Part shown: piece by piece, positions 26,890 through 44,116 of the stretch
Numbering within the stretch: the first letter of the stretch is position 1
Layout of the letters: every line of letters begins with the position of its first letter
Source of the DNA: the human T2T-CHM13v2.0 reference genome, Homo sapiens
Length of the DNA stretch: 64,000 nt
Strand: one strand, 5' to 3'
Assembly: GCF_009914755.1 (NCBI RefSeq)
Contig: NC_060926.1
The notes under the pieces: generated by a model
Database searches by the model: none
What the model was told of the DNA's origin: nothing
What the model saw: the letters and a program-made list of their open reading frames with translations, nothing else
Translations under genes and position numbers: made by a program

Positions 26890-28175
26890 TCCTTCATTTA
26901 TTTACTCATTTAACCAACAAATACTTACTTATTGAGTGCCACGAATATTTATTGTGTATATAGGTACCAGTTGGAGAGCCAGGAAGATCAAAATAGATCT
27001 CTGTCCTCATGGAGTTTCAAGCCTAGTGAGACAGAGAAATACTAATCACTCAAATAATGGTGCTACTATCACGGTCCAGAGCCCAGCTGGGGCTTCCCTG
27101 CCCATTGAGAGGTAGATGAGATTGGCTGGAGTCCCTGATCCATGTCCTATGGTCAGAAGCTCTGCTCCACACATGTCCTGGCATCTCCCTGTCTCATGGT
27201 CTGACAGCTTCTGGGATGAAGCTGTCACTGTACTGCACCTCTTTCAAAAAAGGAATTAACATATCTTCATTCCAGTCTCCACAAGACACTCAGTCACACA
27301 GAGCATTTGTAAGCGTGTCTGACTTCAACGAAGATTCAGTGGTAACAGGGACCATCCACAGCATGGCTGCACAGTGAGTGAATATGCAAAAAGTATTTGA
27401 ATACTCATAGTTTTAAACGTCCATTCAACCACTTCTCTTTCTCACTGGGCTTCCGTCTGTTTCAGTACTTAGCCTTCTGCCATCTCACTGGTTCCACCTT
27501 TCTCCATGTCCCTTGTGTCCTTTTCTTTTGCTTCCTTTCCTACCATTGCTCAGAAACAAGCAGACAACCAGCCAACCACAACAAAGACAATGAACAGCAA
27601 ACAAATTCCTTTTATTCTTTCATGGAGCTCGGCTATCTATTTTGTCACTTGGGACCCTAGAGACACCCACGCTCTCAGAGTTATACCTTCTATCTACTCC
27701 AAAAGGCGTGTCTACATATTATATTCAGCAAAGACATTTTCCATCCTGAAAGAAATTGTGTTACCATCTGTTAAGGTACATATATATATATATATTTGTA
27801 GTTAAGTCAGTCAGTCTGGATATATTACAAATGATGATGCATGCTCTGACAGAAAAGTAGGAGGTTGGGAGGAACAACAAAGCATATAGTATTAGAACAG
27901 CAGACCAGATTTAAAATGAGAAAGCCGGGCAGTCTGGGTTCTCTAAGAAAGTATGACATTTCTGGAGCCTGTTAGCCAGGTAAAAAGTGTGGGGTGAAGA
28001 GCATTCCCAGCAGGAGAACAGCATGTGCAAAGGTTTGGAGATGGGGAAGACTGTGGAGCACTGGAAAAAGTGGGAAGGGGCCAGCATGGCTAGATCCCAA
28101 AGGGCCAAAGAGAGAGAAAGATGGGGATGAGGGTGGAGAGGCCAACAGGGGCCAGATCAAGTGAAACTTTGCAGG
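26890..28175 (-). mobile_element. Discontinuous L2 fragments (~26890-27050 and ~27850-28175)
   Basis: 'ttcatttatttactcatttaaccaacaaatactta' L2 tail; 'gagcattcccagcaggagaacagcatgtgcaaagg' L2 body. Confidence 0.65.
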
Positions 28176-28257
28176 CCACATGACTCCCATTTTTAGGTTC
28201 CTGTCTCTTCCCTAACAAATGAAATGACAGCATGAATGAGTTTTTCTAAACTTTGAG

Positions 28258-28263
28258 TTTATT
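28258..28263 (-). terminator. Distal polyadenylation signal AATAAA of ABCA12
   Basis: tttatt on +; U/GU-rich sequence follows on the minus strand (gtcatttcatttgtt). Confidence 0.75.
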
Positions 28264-29016
28264 GGTTTTCGAGACAAACAGTCATGCCAAAGCTGACAAA
28301 CTTGTATAGATACACACACATACACGCACACACGGTACATAAAGCACCTTTCCCCAGGGCCACGTCACTTGCCATTATTAAGAAGTCTATCCTATAGCCA
28401 TATACACGATTCTGGGTCACCCAGATAATTAGCTGAAAATTATCTTCATATTCGTTTTCCCTCCACAGGAATGTTTCCTGAAAAGAAACCCCAAATATGA
28501 GGGTTTCTGAAAGAGCTTTAAAAAATGTTGCCTGCCAGTAGCACATGGATTCTCTTTTCAGGGTTTGTATCTACCCAGCTGACACACCCATTCCCCCCTC
28601 CCTTCCCCCCAGAGCAAGTGATTTCTTGTTCCACCCTGCAGCTTACTATTGGCAAGGCATGGCAGGAGTGAATCTAGGTTCCGTGTACCACCAGGGTAAA
28701 TTGCCCTCTCTATTGCAGTCCTTATGGAAAGGCACTTTTTTTCGGGTTCAGCACGTCCCCATGCATTCACAGGTACCGAAAGTGACATACACATACATTG
28801 TAAACATTGTGCCCACTGCTCTGCAAACGTTCATTTGGCCCTTAGCAGTTCACACATCACAGCCGATTCATGTATTCATGATGATGTTCATTCTGTTGTT
28901 TTCTGGAAATAAATTATGTTGTCTGCTTGCCCGGTGGCACCTGCCACAAACCATCTGACTTTTCTTCTCCACTCTTATATTTCAACTACCAAAATCCATG
29001 CCTTTTAAACTGTCTT

Positions 29017-29022
29017 TTTATT
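29017..29022 (-). terminator. Candidate proximal polyadenylation signal AATAAA
   Basis: tttatt on +, about 310 nt after the stop codon. Confidence 0.4.
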
Positions 29023-29328
29023 GAAAGTAATAAATTAAGATATTCATCTTGAGGTGGCTTCACCTTTGCATAAGAATCACCAGCATATACATTAGCATGC
29101 TCACAGTGTTGAGTATACAGGAATTCATTTCAGTAGCAACAACACTCACTGACCTTAGAAGGAAAAATTTCCTTTTATAATTACTTGTTAGTCTAACACA
29201 GTTGTAACTTTCCATACAGTATATTACTTTACTTTAAAATGAAGATATCTTGCGGAAGTGTATCTTCTGTGGCTTTTCTTCAAAATGAAGCCATTGGTCA
29301 CACGCTGAGATTGAGTTTGCTGGAAGTG

Positions 29329-29436
29329 TTAAGACTCCATCTGGTCATCTTGTGAGTCAACACTTATAGTGGAACCTTGGCTGCTGGTATCAGCAGTTTC
29401 ATAGGACTTCTGGTCTTTGGCAAAGTTGATGAAAAC
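29329..29436 (-). CDS. ABCA12: ABCA12 exon 53, coding part (108 nt): VFINFAKDQKSYETADTSSQGSTISVDSQDDQMES*
   Basis: atcag|GTT acceptor; VFINFA corresponds to the VFVNFA motif of ABCA1/ABCA4; TAA stop at 29329-29331. Confidence 0.97.
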   Translation of the reverse strand, partial: VFINFAKDQKSYETADTSSQGSTISVDSQDDQMES

Positions 29437-30772
29437 CTGATTTTTCAGGGAAAATAAAGCCATTAATGCCTGGTAAGCCAAAGGAAAAAATAAAGTTAAT
29501 TCATTCTCTCTCTCTCCCCTTCCTCTCTCCTAGTGCAAGCGTGTATATATGTGTATGCAGGCCCCTATAAAATCCAAATCCTAGTTTTATACATGCTTGC
29601 ACTAGGAGTCCTTTCAGAAAATCAAATTTAACTGGGGCTTGAAAACAGCACCTATATCTATGACCATATTTATGACTATGATTTTATTTATAATCATGTC
29701 AATCTTAAGCCATAGTTGACTATCTGTAGCCACATTTCTGCATTCATATGACCTACATCAATATCTCTATCAGGTATAAACAAGGAGCCCAGCCCTGTGC
29801 CCTTATTGAATGGTTGTGTAGAAATGTTGAGAGAAATTTCACTAGTTTCAAGAGTTAATGCATTAAGATAAAATTTGTATAGAAAGCCCATGTTAACACT
29901 GTGTTCAGTAAGCCAATTACTTAACAGGCAGATCTTTTCACTTTGTTTAAAGTCATTAAATCTATTAGTCATAGTTTCATCCAAAAACTATCGAGAGTCT
30001 GTATTTTGCCATGGTGCTGGTAGTTGGTCATAAGTCGAAGACTAAGTCTTCATTTTCAGGAAAGTCATGATTGTCTAAAGCCCCCATTAAAATGCCTAAA
30101 GCCCCACAAGAAGAGTTGTCCATCAAATGCAGCACCATATACTGACCCCTAAAGGCCTTACTTTCAGACCTAGTCCAATGACAGATATAATCAAACTTTC
30201 TATATGTCATGTTGGTTGAGCTGTGCAAAATTAAGACAGTACAGAAGTGATAAAGGATGACCTAATAAGTCTGTAGTTATTAAATGCAAATGTAATTAAG
30301 ACAGATGATGTACGTTGAACGGAAAGGATTCTGCATTTACCACTTTAATTGCCTGAATTTAACAGATCTAAAGGTCTGACACCAAATTCTAATTACCCTG
30401 TCCAACCCTAATCCAGGAAGCCAATCAATAGAAATGTTCTTTAAGAAACCTACCATGGAAGAAGGAAGGAAAATGTTAACAGCTGTTTGTTATGTATGTG
30501 AAAATAGTGGGGTTTTTTTCTTTATGTATACATATAACTTTATGGGTACAGATGTCTTATCAAATGGAAAAGTTAATGTCTTTCACATCTATTTTTTTAA
30601 TATCCCCAAATTAAGTGAGAAATTGATTAGGCTCTTTGCTAAGTTTTTCAGGTGCAAGACTAGATATTAATTCAATTAAAAACAAATTGAATGTAATTAA
30701 AAAGAAATAACCAGAATGAATAATAATATTAATATGTGACGTTGTGCACATGGATCGTGGTATATATCTTAC

Positions 30773-30910
30773 CTCTTCCAGAGTGGTCTGACTCACTAAG
30801 AAATTTGTAATATTTAAAGCAGTCTTGTTGGTTTCCAGCAGATCAAAAATGTTTGCGACTCCTCCTGCTGTGACTGGTACATGATACTCTAGCATGCTGA
30901 GGTGCTGATC
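30773..30910 (-). CDS. ABCA12: ABCA12 exon 52 (138 nt): DQHLSMLEYHVPVTAGGVANIFDLLETNKTALNITNFLVSQTTLEE
   Basis: cacag|GAT acceptor, GAG|gtaaga donor; VSQTTLE ABCA motif; overlaps track ORF 30611..30895. Confidence 0.96.
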
Positions 30911-31369
30911 CTGTGGGAACCAAAGGAAAAAAGTTTATTTTGCAATGTCTGGTAATGTTGACATGACTAGACATAACTTTACCAAGAGTTCAGGAAAATA
31001 ACTGAAGTTCATTCCACTGAAAATGATGCTACAGTATAAATAACGAGTATATTTTGAAACTAACAGCTTGCAAAGATGAGATGAAAGTTTTGTGAATGTC
31101 AAAGAGAAAACAAATTTAAAAGTTCATGAAAACTCCAAAGCATTCTATATTCATGTGAAGTTATACAGTCATTATAATCTTGCCTGGAAAAGAATTTGTG
31201 GAATGGTATTTCACATGTGACATTATGCTCAGCTCACATAAGCTTTCTCAGTGCTCAATCTTAAGAAATTTCATTTTTGTGTTAGAAGTGTTCTAAAACG
31301 CTAAAAATTAGCAGTTCCATTTATATTGGCTAAAGACAGTAGACTTCAAAAGCATTGAAGCTCCTTCAA

Positions 31370-31760
31370 ATGACAGCTCATCCTTTTCCCAACTCACCCT
31401 AAAATTCTTTCCAATTTCTTTATTTCGGTCACCAGTATCACCATCTACTTAGTTTAATCCATTCTAGTTGCCTTGGAGTATCTTTAACAATTTGCTTTCC
31501 TGGATATTTAATCAGTTACCAGATCTTATTTATTTTTCCTCTAAAATACCTCTCAAACTTAACCTTTTCTCTCTATTTGCACCACCAATATGATTAACTT
31601 GATGCTTATTAGTCCACATCTTAGTTACTGCAACAGCCTCTTCAGAACCCCAGAAACTCTGTACACTTAACTTTCTTGCAGAAAGCAGCTGGGATAATCT
31701 TTGCTGATACTAGTTTGATTAGGATATTTTCTTATTCCAGAATCTACCCCTGTGACGCCA
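31370..31760 (+). mobile_element. L2 fragment in intron 51
   Basis: 'caccatctacttag...ccttggagtatcttt...ttactgcaacagcctc' L2 motifs. Confidence 0.55.
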
Positions 31761-32209
31761 GTGCATCAGATCATGACCATGTATTTCAGACCCTTCTCCT
31801 CCCGCTTTGTGCATTGCTTAGCGTCTCCCATTGACATGCAGTTGCATTATATCTGTTACTGCAATTGGGCCATCTTGCCTACTTTTGCTCTCAGATTGTT
31901 GTTTTGGCTATTTTCCTTCTAGACATCTAGAAACCACCACAAATTTGTAAAGAATGGTCTGCTAGGGAGAAATCAGACTTTTTATTATCACTGCATTTGC
32001 CTTGTATAGCCCTGGTCCCATGAGGAACAGACCAGGGAGAATGTAATTTCATCACTCAGTGAAACAACACAGATTTCAACCCAGAAATCCACTAAAAGAG
32101 AAAGCATTACTACCAACACAATTTGTGCAAGAAAGATGTCCTTTTACTTTTAAATTTGATTTAAATTTAGATGATAGAAAATGAGCTTTGATAAGAATCC
32201 TGAAAGCTA

Positions 32210-32500
32210 GGCCGAGTGTGGTGGCTCACAGCTGTAATCCCAGTGCTTTGGGAGACCAAGGCAGAAAGATTGCTTCGGGCCAGGAGTTCAAGACCAGCTT
32301 GGGCAACATAGTGAGATTCTGTCTCTACAAAAAATCCAAAACTTAGCAGGGCATGGTGGCACATGCCTATATGCTTGGCTACTTGTGAGGCAGAGGTGGA
32401 AGGATTCCTGGAACCCAGGAGTTCAAGGCTGCACTGAGCTATGATTATGCCACTGCACTCCAGCCTGGGCAACATAGCGAGACTCTGTGTCTTAAAAAAA
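32210..32500 (+). mobile_element. AluJ in intron 51 (antisense to ABCA12)
   Basis: J-type Alu dimer. Confidence 0.92.
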
Positions 32501-32734
32501 ATTTTTTTTAAGAATTAAGAAAGCTATTCTTTCCTAGAGAAATAGAGAAGTTAGCCAAACTTGGAGAGGCTGAGGCAAAGGTATTTTATGAAGATAAAAT
32601 AATTATTTTTAAAATGCAGTTTATTTTCTCTAAAATCACTTCAAATTAACATTGTGCCTTATAATTTATGGAGTATCTTTGTGGACACCTTATCATTTAA
32701 TTCTCACATCAGTTTTGTGAAGTAGATGTTACTG

Positions 32735-33065
32735 TAGTAGTACTCCCTTATTTGTGGTTTTGCATTCTATGGTTTGTTACCTGTGATCAACCAAGTTCTA
32801 AAACTATTAAATGGAAAAATACAAAAATAAACAATTTATAAGCTTTAAATTGCATGCCTTTCTGAGTAGTGTGATCTAATTTTGTACCACCCGATCTGGC
32901 ATGTGAATCATTCCTTTGTCCAGTATATTTATGTTGTGTAAGCTACCTGCCTGTTTCTGTATAAGAAAAAGCATAGTGTATACCAGATTTGGTACTATCT
33001 ATAGTTTCAGGCATCCACTGGAGGTCTTGGAATGTATCACCCATGAATAGTGGGACACTCCTGTA
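32735..33065 (+). mobile_element. MER44A (Tigger7 derivative) nested in a MIR
   Basis: 'tagtactcccttatttgtgg...caggcatccactggaggtcttggaa...gggacactcctgta' with TA ends; MIR core resumes at 'ttcctatttacaaatgagaaaaatgaggctcagag'. Confidence 0.85.
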
Positions 33066-33861
33066 TTCCTATTTACAAATGAGAAAAATGAGGCTCAGAG
33101 ATTAATGGCTTGCTGGGAATCACATGGGCACAATTGGACCTCAGCCCTAGTCTTTCCAATTTCTTTTTATCATTCCACGTCTGATTTCCTTTCAAAAACA
33201 ATCATTTGAAATCATCTTCTACAAATTGCCTGTATATCAAAGATGTAATAATGACAAATTTTCCTGTCAAGTACATTTATTTTAATTAAGTATGGGCTAT
33301 GTTAGGTATATATGCATATATCTGTGTGTGTCCATCCCATGCCTATGCATATGTGAGATGAGATCAACTGTACAATATTTCATCTAGTCTAGAACTTGAG
33401 GACTTGATTTCTACTCAGTCCTGCTCCAACTTTTGTGGGCTTCTCTTTCAAATGAGGGGGACAAACCAGATAATCATTCTGGAGCTCTGTAGTTTTTTGG
33501 GTTTTTTTAAGAAGAAATGACCTTGGTCATATAATACCTGTCATCCCTCAGTTCCCTAATATATATAATGAGTAGATCAGCAAGGTATACAACTTGGAAA
33601 CTAATACAATATGATCATAAATCCTTTGTGAGGAAAAAAAAAAATACATGTATGTGAAAGGACTGTGTTAACTTTAAGTAAGTACAAAAATATATAATTA
33701 ATTGATGCTATTTGTTCATACTAAGTATGCTTTGGCATATCTTACGCATCTTGAACTAATCAATAAATTAAGATTAATAATAAAGCTGTAGTCAACTTGG
33801 AAATCACAAATGTCGCTATGACATTACCATCAAAACTAGTGAAGATCAAAAGGCAAGATAA

Positions 33862-34192
<331 letters not shown>

Positions 34193-34204
34193 ATCATCAC
34201 TTAC

Positions 34205-34310
34205 TTTTAAGTATGTTTTTGGAAAGTGCAGCTGCATGAACTTTGTGAGGGTCTCCATGGTCACTTTGTTATTCTTCAAGTGAACTTTGACAGTAAATCC
34301 TCGTCCAAAC
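34205..34310 (-). CDS. ABCA12: ABCA12 exon 51 (106 nt): (R)FGRGFTVKVHLKNNKVTMETLTKFMQLHFPKTYLK, regulatory domain 2
   Basis: tctag|G acceptor, AAA|gtaagt donor; phase 2 to 0. Confidence 0.95.
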
Positions 34311-34637
34311 CTAGAAAGAAAAAGTGCAAAATATGATATGAATTACATTTTGCTGAAATAGCTCCTCTGGAATTCTAGATAATGAAACAGGACCCAAGCC
34401 AACCATTATATCACCTTTTCTTTATATGAAGACTATCATTTTGCCATAAAAGTTCAGGACATGTTGCAAACTGGAAATAGTGCACTGCTATGATTTTTTA
34501 TTTATTTCTACCTCTATATAAAATCAGAGTCTTTGGGCAAAAATTGAGTTGAAAAGAAAACATAACATAAAATCTTGGCTTTCTATGACATTCATAAATC
34601 GGCAATGGATGTTAATTTCTGCAGTTAAATACTTCCC

Positions 34638-38764
<4,127 letters not shown>

Positions 38765-39619
38765 ACACTTGTAAAGTTAAATGCATTCTAATTTAAAGTA
38801 AGCAAGGTCTTGATAAGCAGGTCATTGGAGATTTGGTGTCATCAATAAAAATTAATGTTATTGGGGTTTTAAAAATAAATATTAAATCAATGTGCCAGCT
38901 AACTGTTTGCACCAAGAATAGAGTTTGTAAAGAAGTCACAACAGACTCTCTAAGAGCAACACAATGCCTCTTTCATCCTTTTTTCCTTATCTTGGTTAAT
39001 GCTATCTTGCAAGAAAGTCAACTTGTTATACAGAAAAGTATAAAATATTCTGAAGTTTGGAGATTAACATGGATATGTATAAATGCATATACACTCTGGT
39101 GTATACAAACTATTAAATTTGATAGTAGTATGATATTTATGCACATTTCTCCAATGTATTCTTGATTAAAAGGTTTTGAATGTGGTATGAATGTTAGATA
39201 GCTTACTGAAAGACTGTGCAAATGGCAAATGAACATGCTAGATACAATCTATGCCTTCATTTACTTGTCAAGTTCTAATTTATTATTGGGTAAACTCTAG
39301 AACTTCCACCTGAGAGTAATTTGGTTATGAACTGTTTATTATTTATTCATTTTTTCATCTTTGGCCTTCTAAACTTATGCATTAACTAAAATACATTTAT
39401 GAGTTAAATTTATGAGTTAACTAAAATATTTAAGTAAAAATTCATCAAATCCCCAATAAAATAATTTAAATTTAAGGTGAGTCAGTGACTAGCTTCCAAA
39501 GATTAGCTTGTCCATTCTAGTTTTACTACTTAGGCTGCTGAGATAATCCTTGAATCTGAGTGAGCACCATTAGATAGATGACCCAACACTATCTGTTAAG
39601 CAATGCATTTGTTCTTCAC

Positions 39620-39712
39620 CTGCTCTTTATGTGCTGCAAAGATCCAATACATTGAAACTTTCCATTCACCATAATGGCCAACCTGGTACAGAGAGCTTCA
39701 CATTCTTCCATG
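39620..39712 (-). CDS. ABCA12: ABCA12 exon 50 (93 nt): (S)[30 protein letters not shown](R)
   Basis: tttag|C acceptor, GCAG|gtgaag donor; [17 protein letters not shown] is a near-invariant ABCA motif. Confidence 0.97.
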
Positions 39713-39817
39713 CTAAAAGACAAAGCAGGATCATATTAGCATTCAGGATACAGAAAACTTGGGTTGAAGTTCATGAGCATAAGCATAATTGTTTCATTAT
39801 GGCACTTGGAAATACTA

Positions 39818-40141
39818 TTTTAGTTTTTTTCTTTTCTTTGTTATTTTTTTGAGATAGGGTGTCACTCTGTTGCCCAGGCTAGAGTGCAGTGGCTTGAACA
39901 TGGCTTACTGTAGCCTTGACCTCCTTTGCTCTAGTAATCCTCCTGTCTCAGCCTCCTGAATAGCTGGGACGACAGATGTGCACGACATCTGGCTAATATT
40001 TTAATTTTAATTTTTTTTTGTAGAGATGGGGGTCTTGCCATGTTGCCCAGACCGTTCTTGAACTCCTGGGCTCAAGTGATCCTCCTGCCTTGGACCCCCA
40101 CAAAGTGCAGGGATTACAGGCATGAGCCACCGTGCCTGGCC
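39818..40141 (-). mobile_element. AluJ in intron 49
   Basis: Reverse J-type Alu dimer. Confidence 0.92.
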
Positions 40142-40825
40142 TAGTTTCTTGATTCTCTTTTAGTTTTTAGTTCTTTTAAAGGAGAACAAAAGCCAATCTC
40201 TTAAAATATAAATTAAATGTCTTCAGATAGGGTTTATTACTGTTTCTTCTAAAACCAAAGGCCATCTCTCTCTCACCTGGAATACCCGCTCCATCAAACC
40301 TAGTATTTCTTTCAATCTTTGATTCAAGACCTACACTTCCTTAGAAGTGTTTCCAAAATAACACTAAGCTTTTTCCATTATGCTACGTACCCCATATTCT
40401 GTTGGCTTTCCTATTTTTGGATTTATAACTAGTTGGCCTGTACTTGATTATACAGTCTCTAATTTCATGGTCTATCATAATTGGAGGTGATTTTAGGTAT
40501 TACCCTGTCCACCTCTTACAAAAGCCAATGGAAATTAAATGATTGGCTCCATTGTGCTGGGGCAAACTATGATATAAACAAGTCTCTTGATAATAAGCAA
40601 ATCTAATACTTTTTCTACTATATGACAATTATAATGCAAACATAAACTTAATACAAATTATAAGACAAGGCCATCCTCATAAGAGAGGCATGGATAAAAT
40701 GATTTAGTATCTCCTATACTTAGCTGATTGGAAGTGTCTGCTTTGTGGAGGAGAGGTATGTGAGCTGGTTCTGGAAGGACTGGTAAGATTAGAAGTTGGA
40801 GAGATTTTGTGAAAAGACCATTTCA

Positions 40826-41135
<310 letters not shown>

Positions 41136-41525
41136 ATTTCAAATAGAAAGCACAGCCAAAGAAGGGGCTTGGAGATGGGAAAGGGTATGGAGATGGGAAG
41201 AATGCAGAACCAGGAAGGAGTCATCCAGATTGACTGATAGGAGAGGGTGTTGCAGGGGAAAAAGACTGAGCATTTAGATGAGGCCATAGAATGGAGAGCC
41301 TTGCATGTTGAGCCTAAAGATTCTGAACTTTATTTGACAGGCAATAGGGAGCCACAGACGAGTTAAGAGGGCCATAAGTCATGAGAAATTCGATGTTAAA
41401 AAGACTGCTTAGACCTTAGACTCCGTCCCACCACAGGAACTATATTCTCACCATGAAACCTGCCTGACTTGCTCCTACTACTATAAATATAAAATAGTTT
41501 GATTGAACTGTGGGCATTCGTTGTC

Positions 41526-41612
41526 TATATATATACATATATTTGTGTGTATATATTTTGTATGTGTGTATATATATATATACACACACATATATATGTA
41601 TGTGTATATATT
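41526..41612. repeat. (TA)n/(TG)n/(CA)n compound microsatellite
   Basis: Directly visible. Confidence 0.9.
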
Positions 41613-41695
41613 TATTTATGTTATACAGGATTACCTTTTCCCACCTGTCATCCTAAGACTGTGTGGATTCGCTTTAAAGATTCCACTCAGTTTAC

Positions 41696-41799
41696 CTGTG
41701 AGATGTGAGGATGACGGAACATTTGTTCTGTACTTCTTCTGAAATGATCTTCCAGAGGTGCCGTTTCGACTTCGGATCCATGCCAGAGCTCGGCTCATC
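41696..41799 (-). CDS. ABCA12: ABCA12 exon 49 (104 nt): DEPSSGMDPKSKRHLWKIISEEVQNKCSVILTSH(S), Walker B acidic pair, D-loop, H-switch
   Basis: attaag|GAT acceptor, CACAG|gtaaac donor; DEP.SGMDP and LTSH motifs. Confidence 0.96.
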
Positions 41800-42559
41800 C
41801 TTAATAGAAAGTTACAACAAAAATTTATCAAATTAATTAATTTTTGATGAAGTTCTTTTCATGAATTACTGCATTTCACTTCCCTAGAACAGAAATACTT
41901 TTCGAGGTCCTGTGACTAACTTGTTTTATACTTAATAGACTTCTTTCTGCTGCTGTCAAAAAGTTCAAAATTAATCATTTAAAATTGTCAATCTGTTTCA
42001 AAAAGTGTCTAAGTGAAGTTGACACCCTGTTACTTTACATCCGTCTCTTATGTTTCTTTGGAAAAAAATTCCACTTCAATTACTGGCAAATTCTTATATT
42101 TAATTCTATCTTGCCACATATATAAGCCACATCAACAAGATTACCACCCTGTTCCTGGTAGCAGAATTGTGGCTATGAGTGATAATATGCTATGTGAAAC
42201 AGAAAGAACATAATTTGATATTTCAGTTAATTTGTTTGAGATATATTTTTAGTTTTCTGTTATTAATTGAAATCTAACACTCCTTGGGAAATAAAAACAA
42301 GATTTGTAGAAATTGCCAAGTAGAAAGATGTACGTTATTTTTCAAAGTAAATGATGTTATGAAAAATCATTCAGACAGAAAATGTAGCAGTAGATAATCT
42401 AAACATACAATAACAGGTTTTGACAGATGGTTAAACAAACTATAGGGCAAGATTAGGTAAAAATTTAAAAAATATACTTGTAACAAAGAATATGTACATA
42501 ACTAGAGGCTTGTTTTTACAGAATGATGTAAAATCTAAAGAAAGGAATGGGTTATGTGG

Positions 42560-42945
42560 AAGCTAATATAGTTGAGCTCATAGAAGTGGAGAGTAGAATA
42601 ATGGTTACTGGAGGCTGGAGGCATAGCGGGGAGAGGAGGATAGAGAGAGATTGGTTAATGAATACAAAATTACAGCTAGACAAGAAGCATAAGTTCTAGT
42701 GGTCTATAGGGTGACTATAGTTAACAATAATTTCTTGTATATTTTCAAATAGTTAGAAGAAAGGATTTTGAATGTTCCCAACACAAGGAAATGATACATA
42801 TTTGAGGTGATAGATAAGCTAATTACTCTGATTTGATCATTACATATTGTATACAGGAATCAAAATATCACACTGTACTCCATAAATATGTATAATTATT
42901 ATGTGTCAATTAAAATGGTAGTTAAATAATTTTTTAAAAAATAAA
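42560..42945 (+). mobile_element. L1MA 3' end fragment in intron 48
   Basis: 'ctcatagaagtggagagtagaataatggttac...tatgtgtcaattaaaa' L1MA 3'UTR. Confidence 0.85.
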
Positions 42946-44116
42946 GAAATTAGTGTTAATTTGGGGAAACAAAGGATACATTGTCACTGCTCCTGTTTTT
43001 GAAGAAGATAGCATATTTAGTAAATGCATATAGAAGAAAACTTGGTATCTTTCATGTCAATATTTCATTTTGGTTCATTAATGCATAATGTTTACATAAA
43101 ATGTCTAACATTTTAAAGTACTTTACATTTGTTATTTCACAGAGGTGCCTAAAGATTGTTTTGTTCAATTTAAGGAACATTTACACAATAGAATTCCATT
43201 ATAAGCATCGATTGGCAGAGATATAATGCATTATAAGCTTCTGGTATTATAGAAAGATGGGCTGTGCATCACTTTATCTGGCAGTTGAAATGATTTGATC
43301 CACTGTATGACTTAATCCCTGGAATAATGTGGTGATTTATAGCTGCATTATGATTCCTTATAGTTAAGGCTCTTTCAGAGTTTGGAGGTCCTTGAATGAA
43401 CGGGATTTTCCAAAATAAGGGCAAGTATATTTTTCTGAAATAACCATCCTTTGACAAAGTTAGACTTGGGGTGCAGAATATTAACATTACTACTATGTGT
43501 AATTTATATTTCCAGGTAATCAATTAAATTTTCCATCTCTTAAGAAAAATGTAAATGTGGAATGCATTTCTTCCCCACCCTATACCCCCCACATTCAGAT
43601 GACATAGGATGGATCCATCACATCCTAAGCTAGATAACTCATATTTTAAAGTAACAAGGAAATAAAATTTTAGCACAACACATTGTCCTAAAATGTGTCT
43701 GTCCTCCATAGTAGAAGCTGGAAAATGTGAGTTTACCTACTCAGTTCCTAACAGAAAAAGAGAGATGATTTCTTCAATAGGTGGGAATCAGATGCTACCA
43801 TATTCCGTAACTTACTCATTTGAGTACCCTGAATTTGTTTCACTTCCCATTTCCATGCCAGTGTTTCCTTGGAAACGCACTAAGCTATTGCTTTCAGATA
43901 AAACATTTTTGAGAGCATATTGTTGTGGTAACAAATTATTTGCTGATATAAAATCCTTTATTGAGATAGTATACATAAAGTGCTTTGCACAATAGCTAGC
44001 ACATAGTGAGACCTCAATAAATGTTGACTGCAATCATGATGATGAAATGTTAACACATGCAATCAGATATGCTGTTCTAATTATGGAGTGGCCTGTTTAA
44101 ATAATGATTCTCTTAC

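Larger units (their letters stand above)
28240..29328 (-). other. ABCA12: ABCA12 3' UTR (~1.1 kb; end inferred from the poly(A) signal)
   Basis: Non-repetitive sequence between the stop codon and a minus-strand AATAAA; an L2 fragment begins just beyond it. Confidence 0.8.

Noticed and set aside
39395-39420. 13-bp perfect tandem duplication atttatgagttaa x2
   Set aside because: Ordinary slippage duplication in AT-rich intron, 200 nt from the nearest splice site.
39478-39484. AP-1 motif TGAGTCA (others near 25967, 29353, 54833, 58138)
   Set aside because: A handful of such 7-mers is expected by chance in 64 kb; no clustering.
41631-41831. 66-aa minus-strand ORF overlapping exon 49
   Set aside because: A different frame from ABCA12, with a non-ATG start and no independent support.
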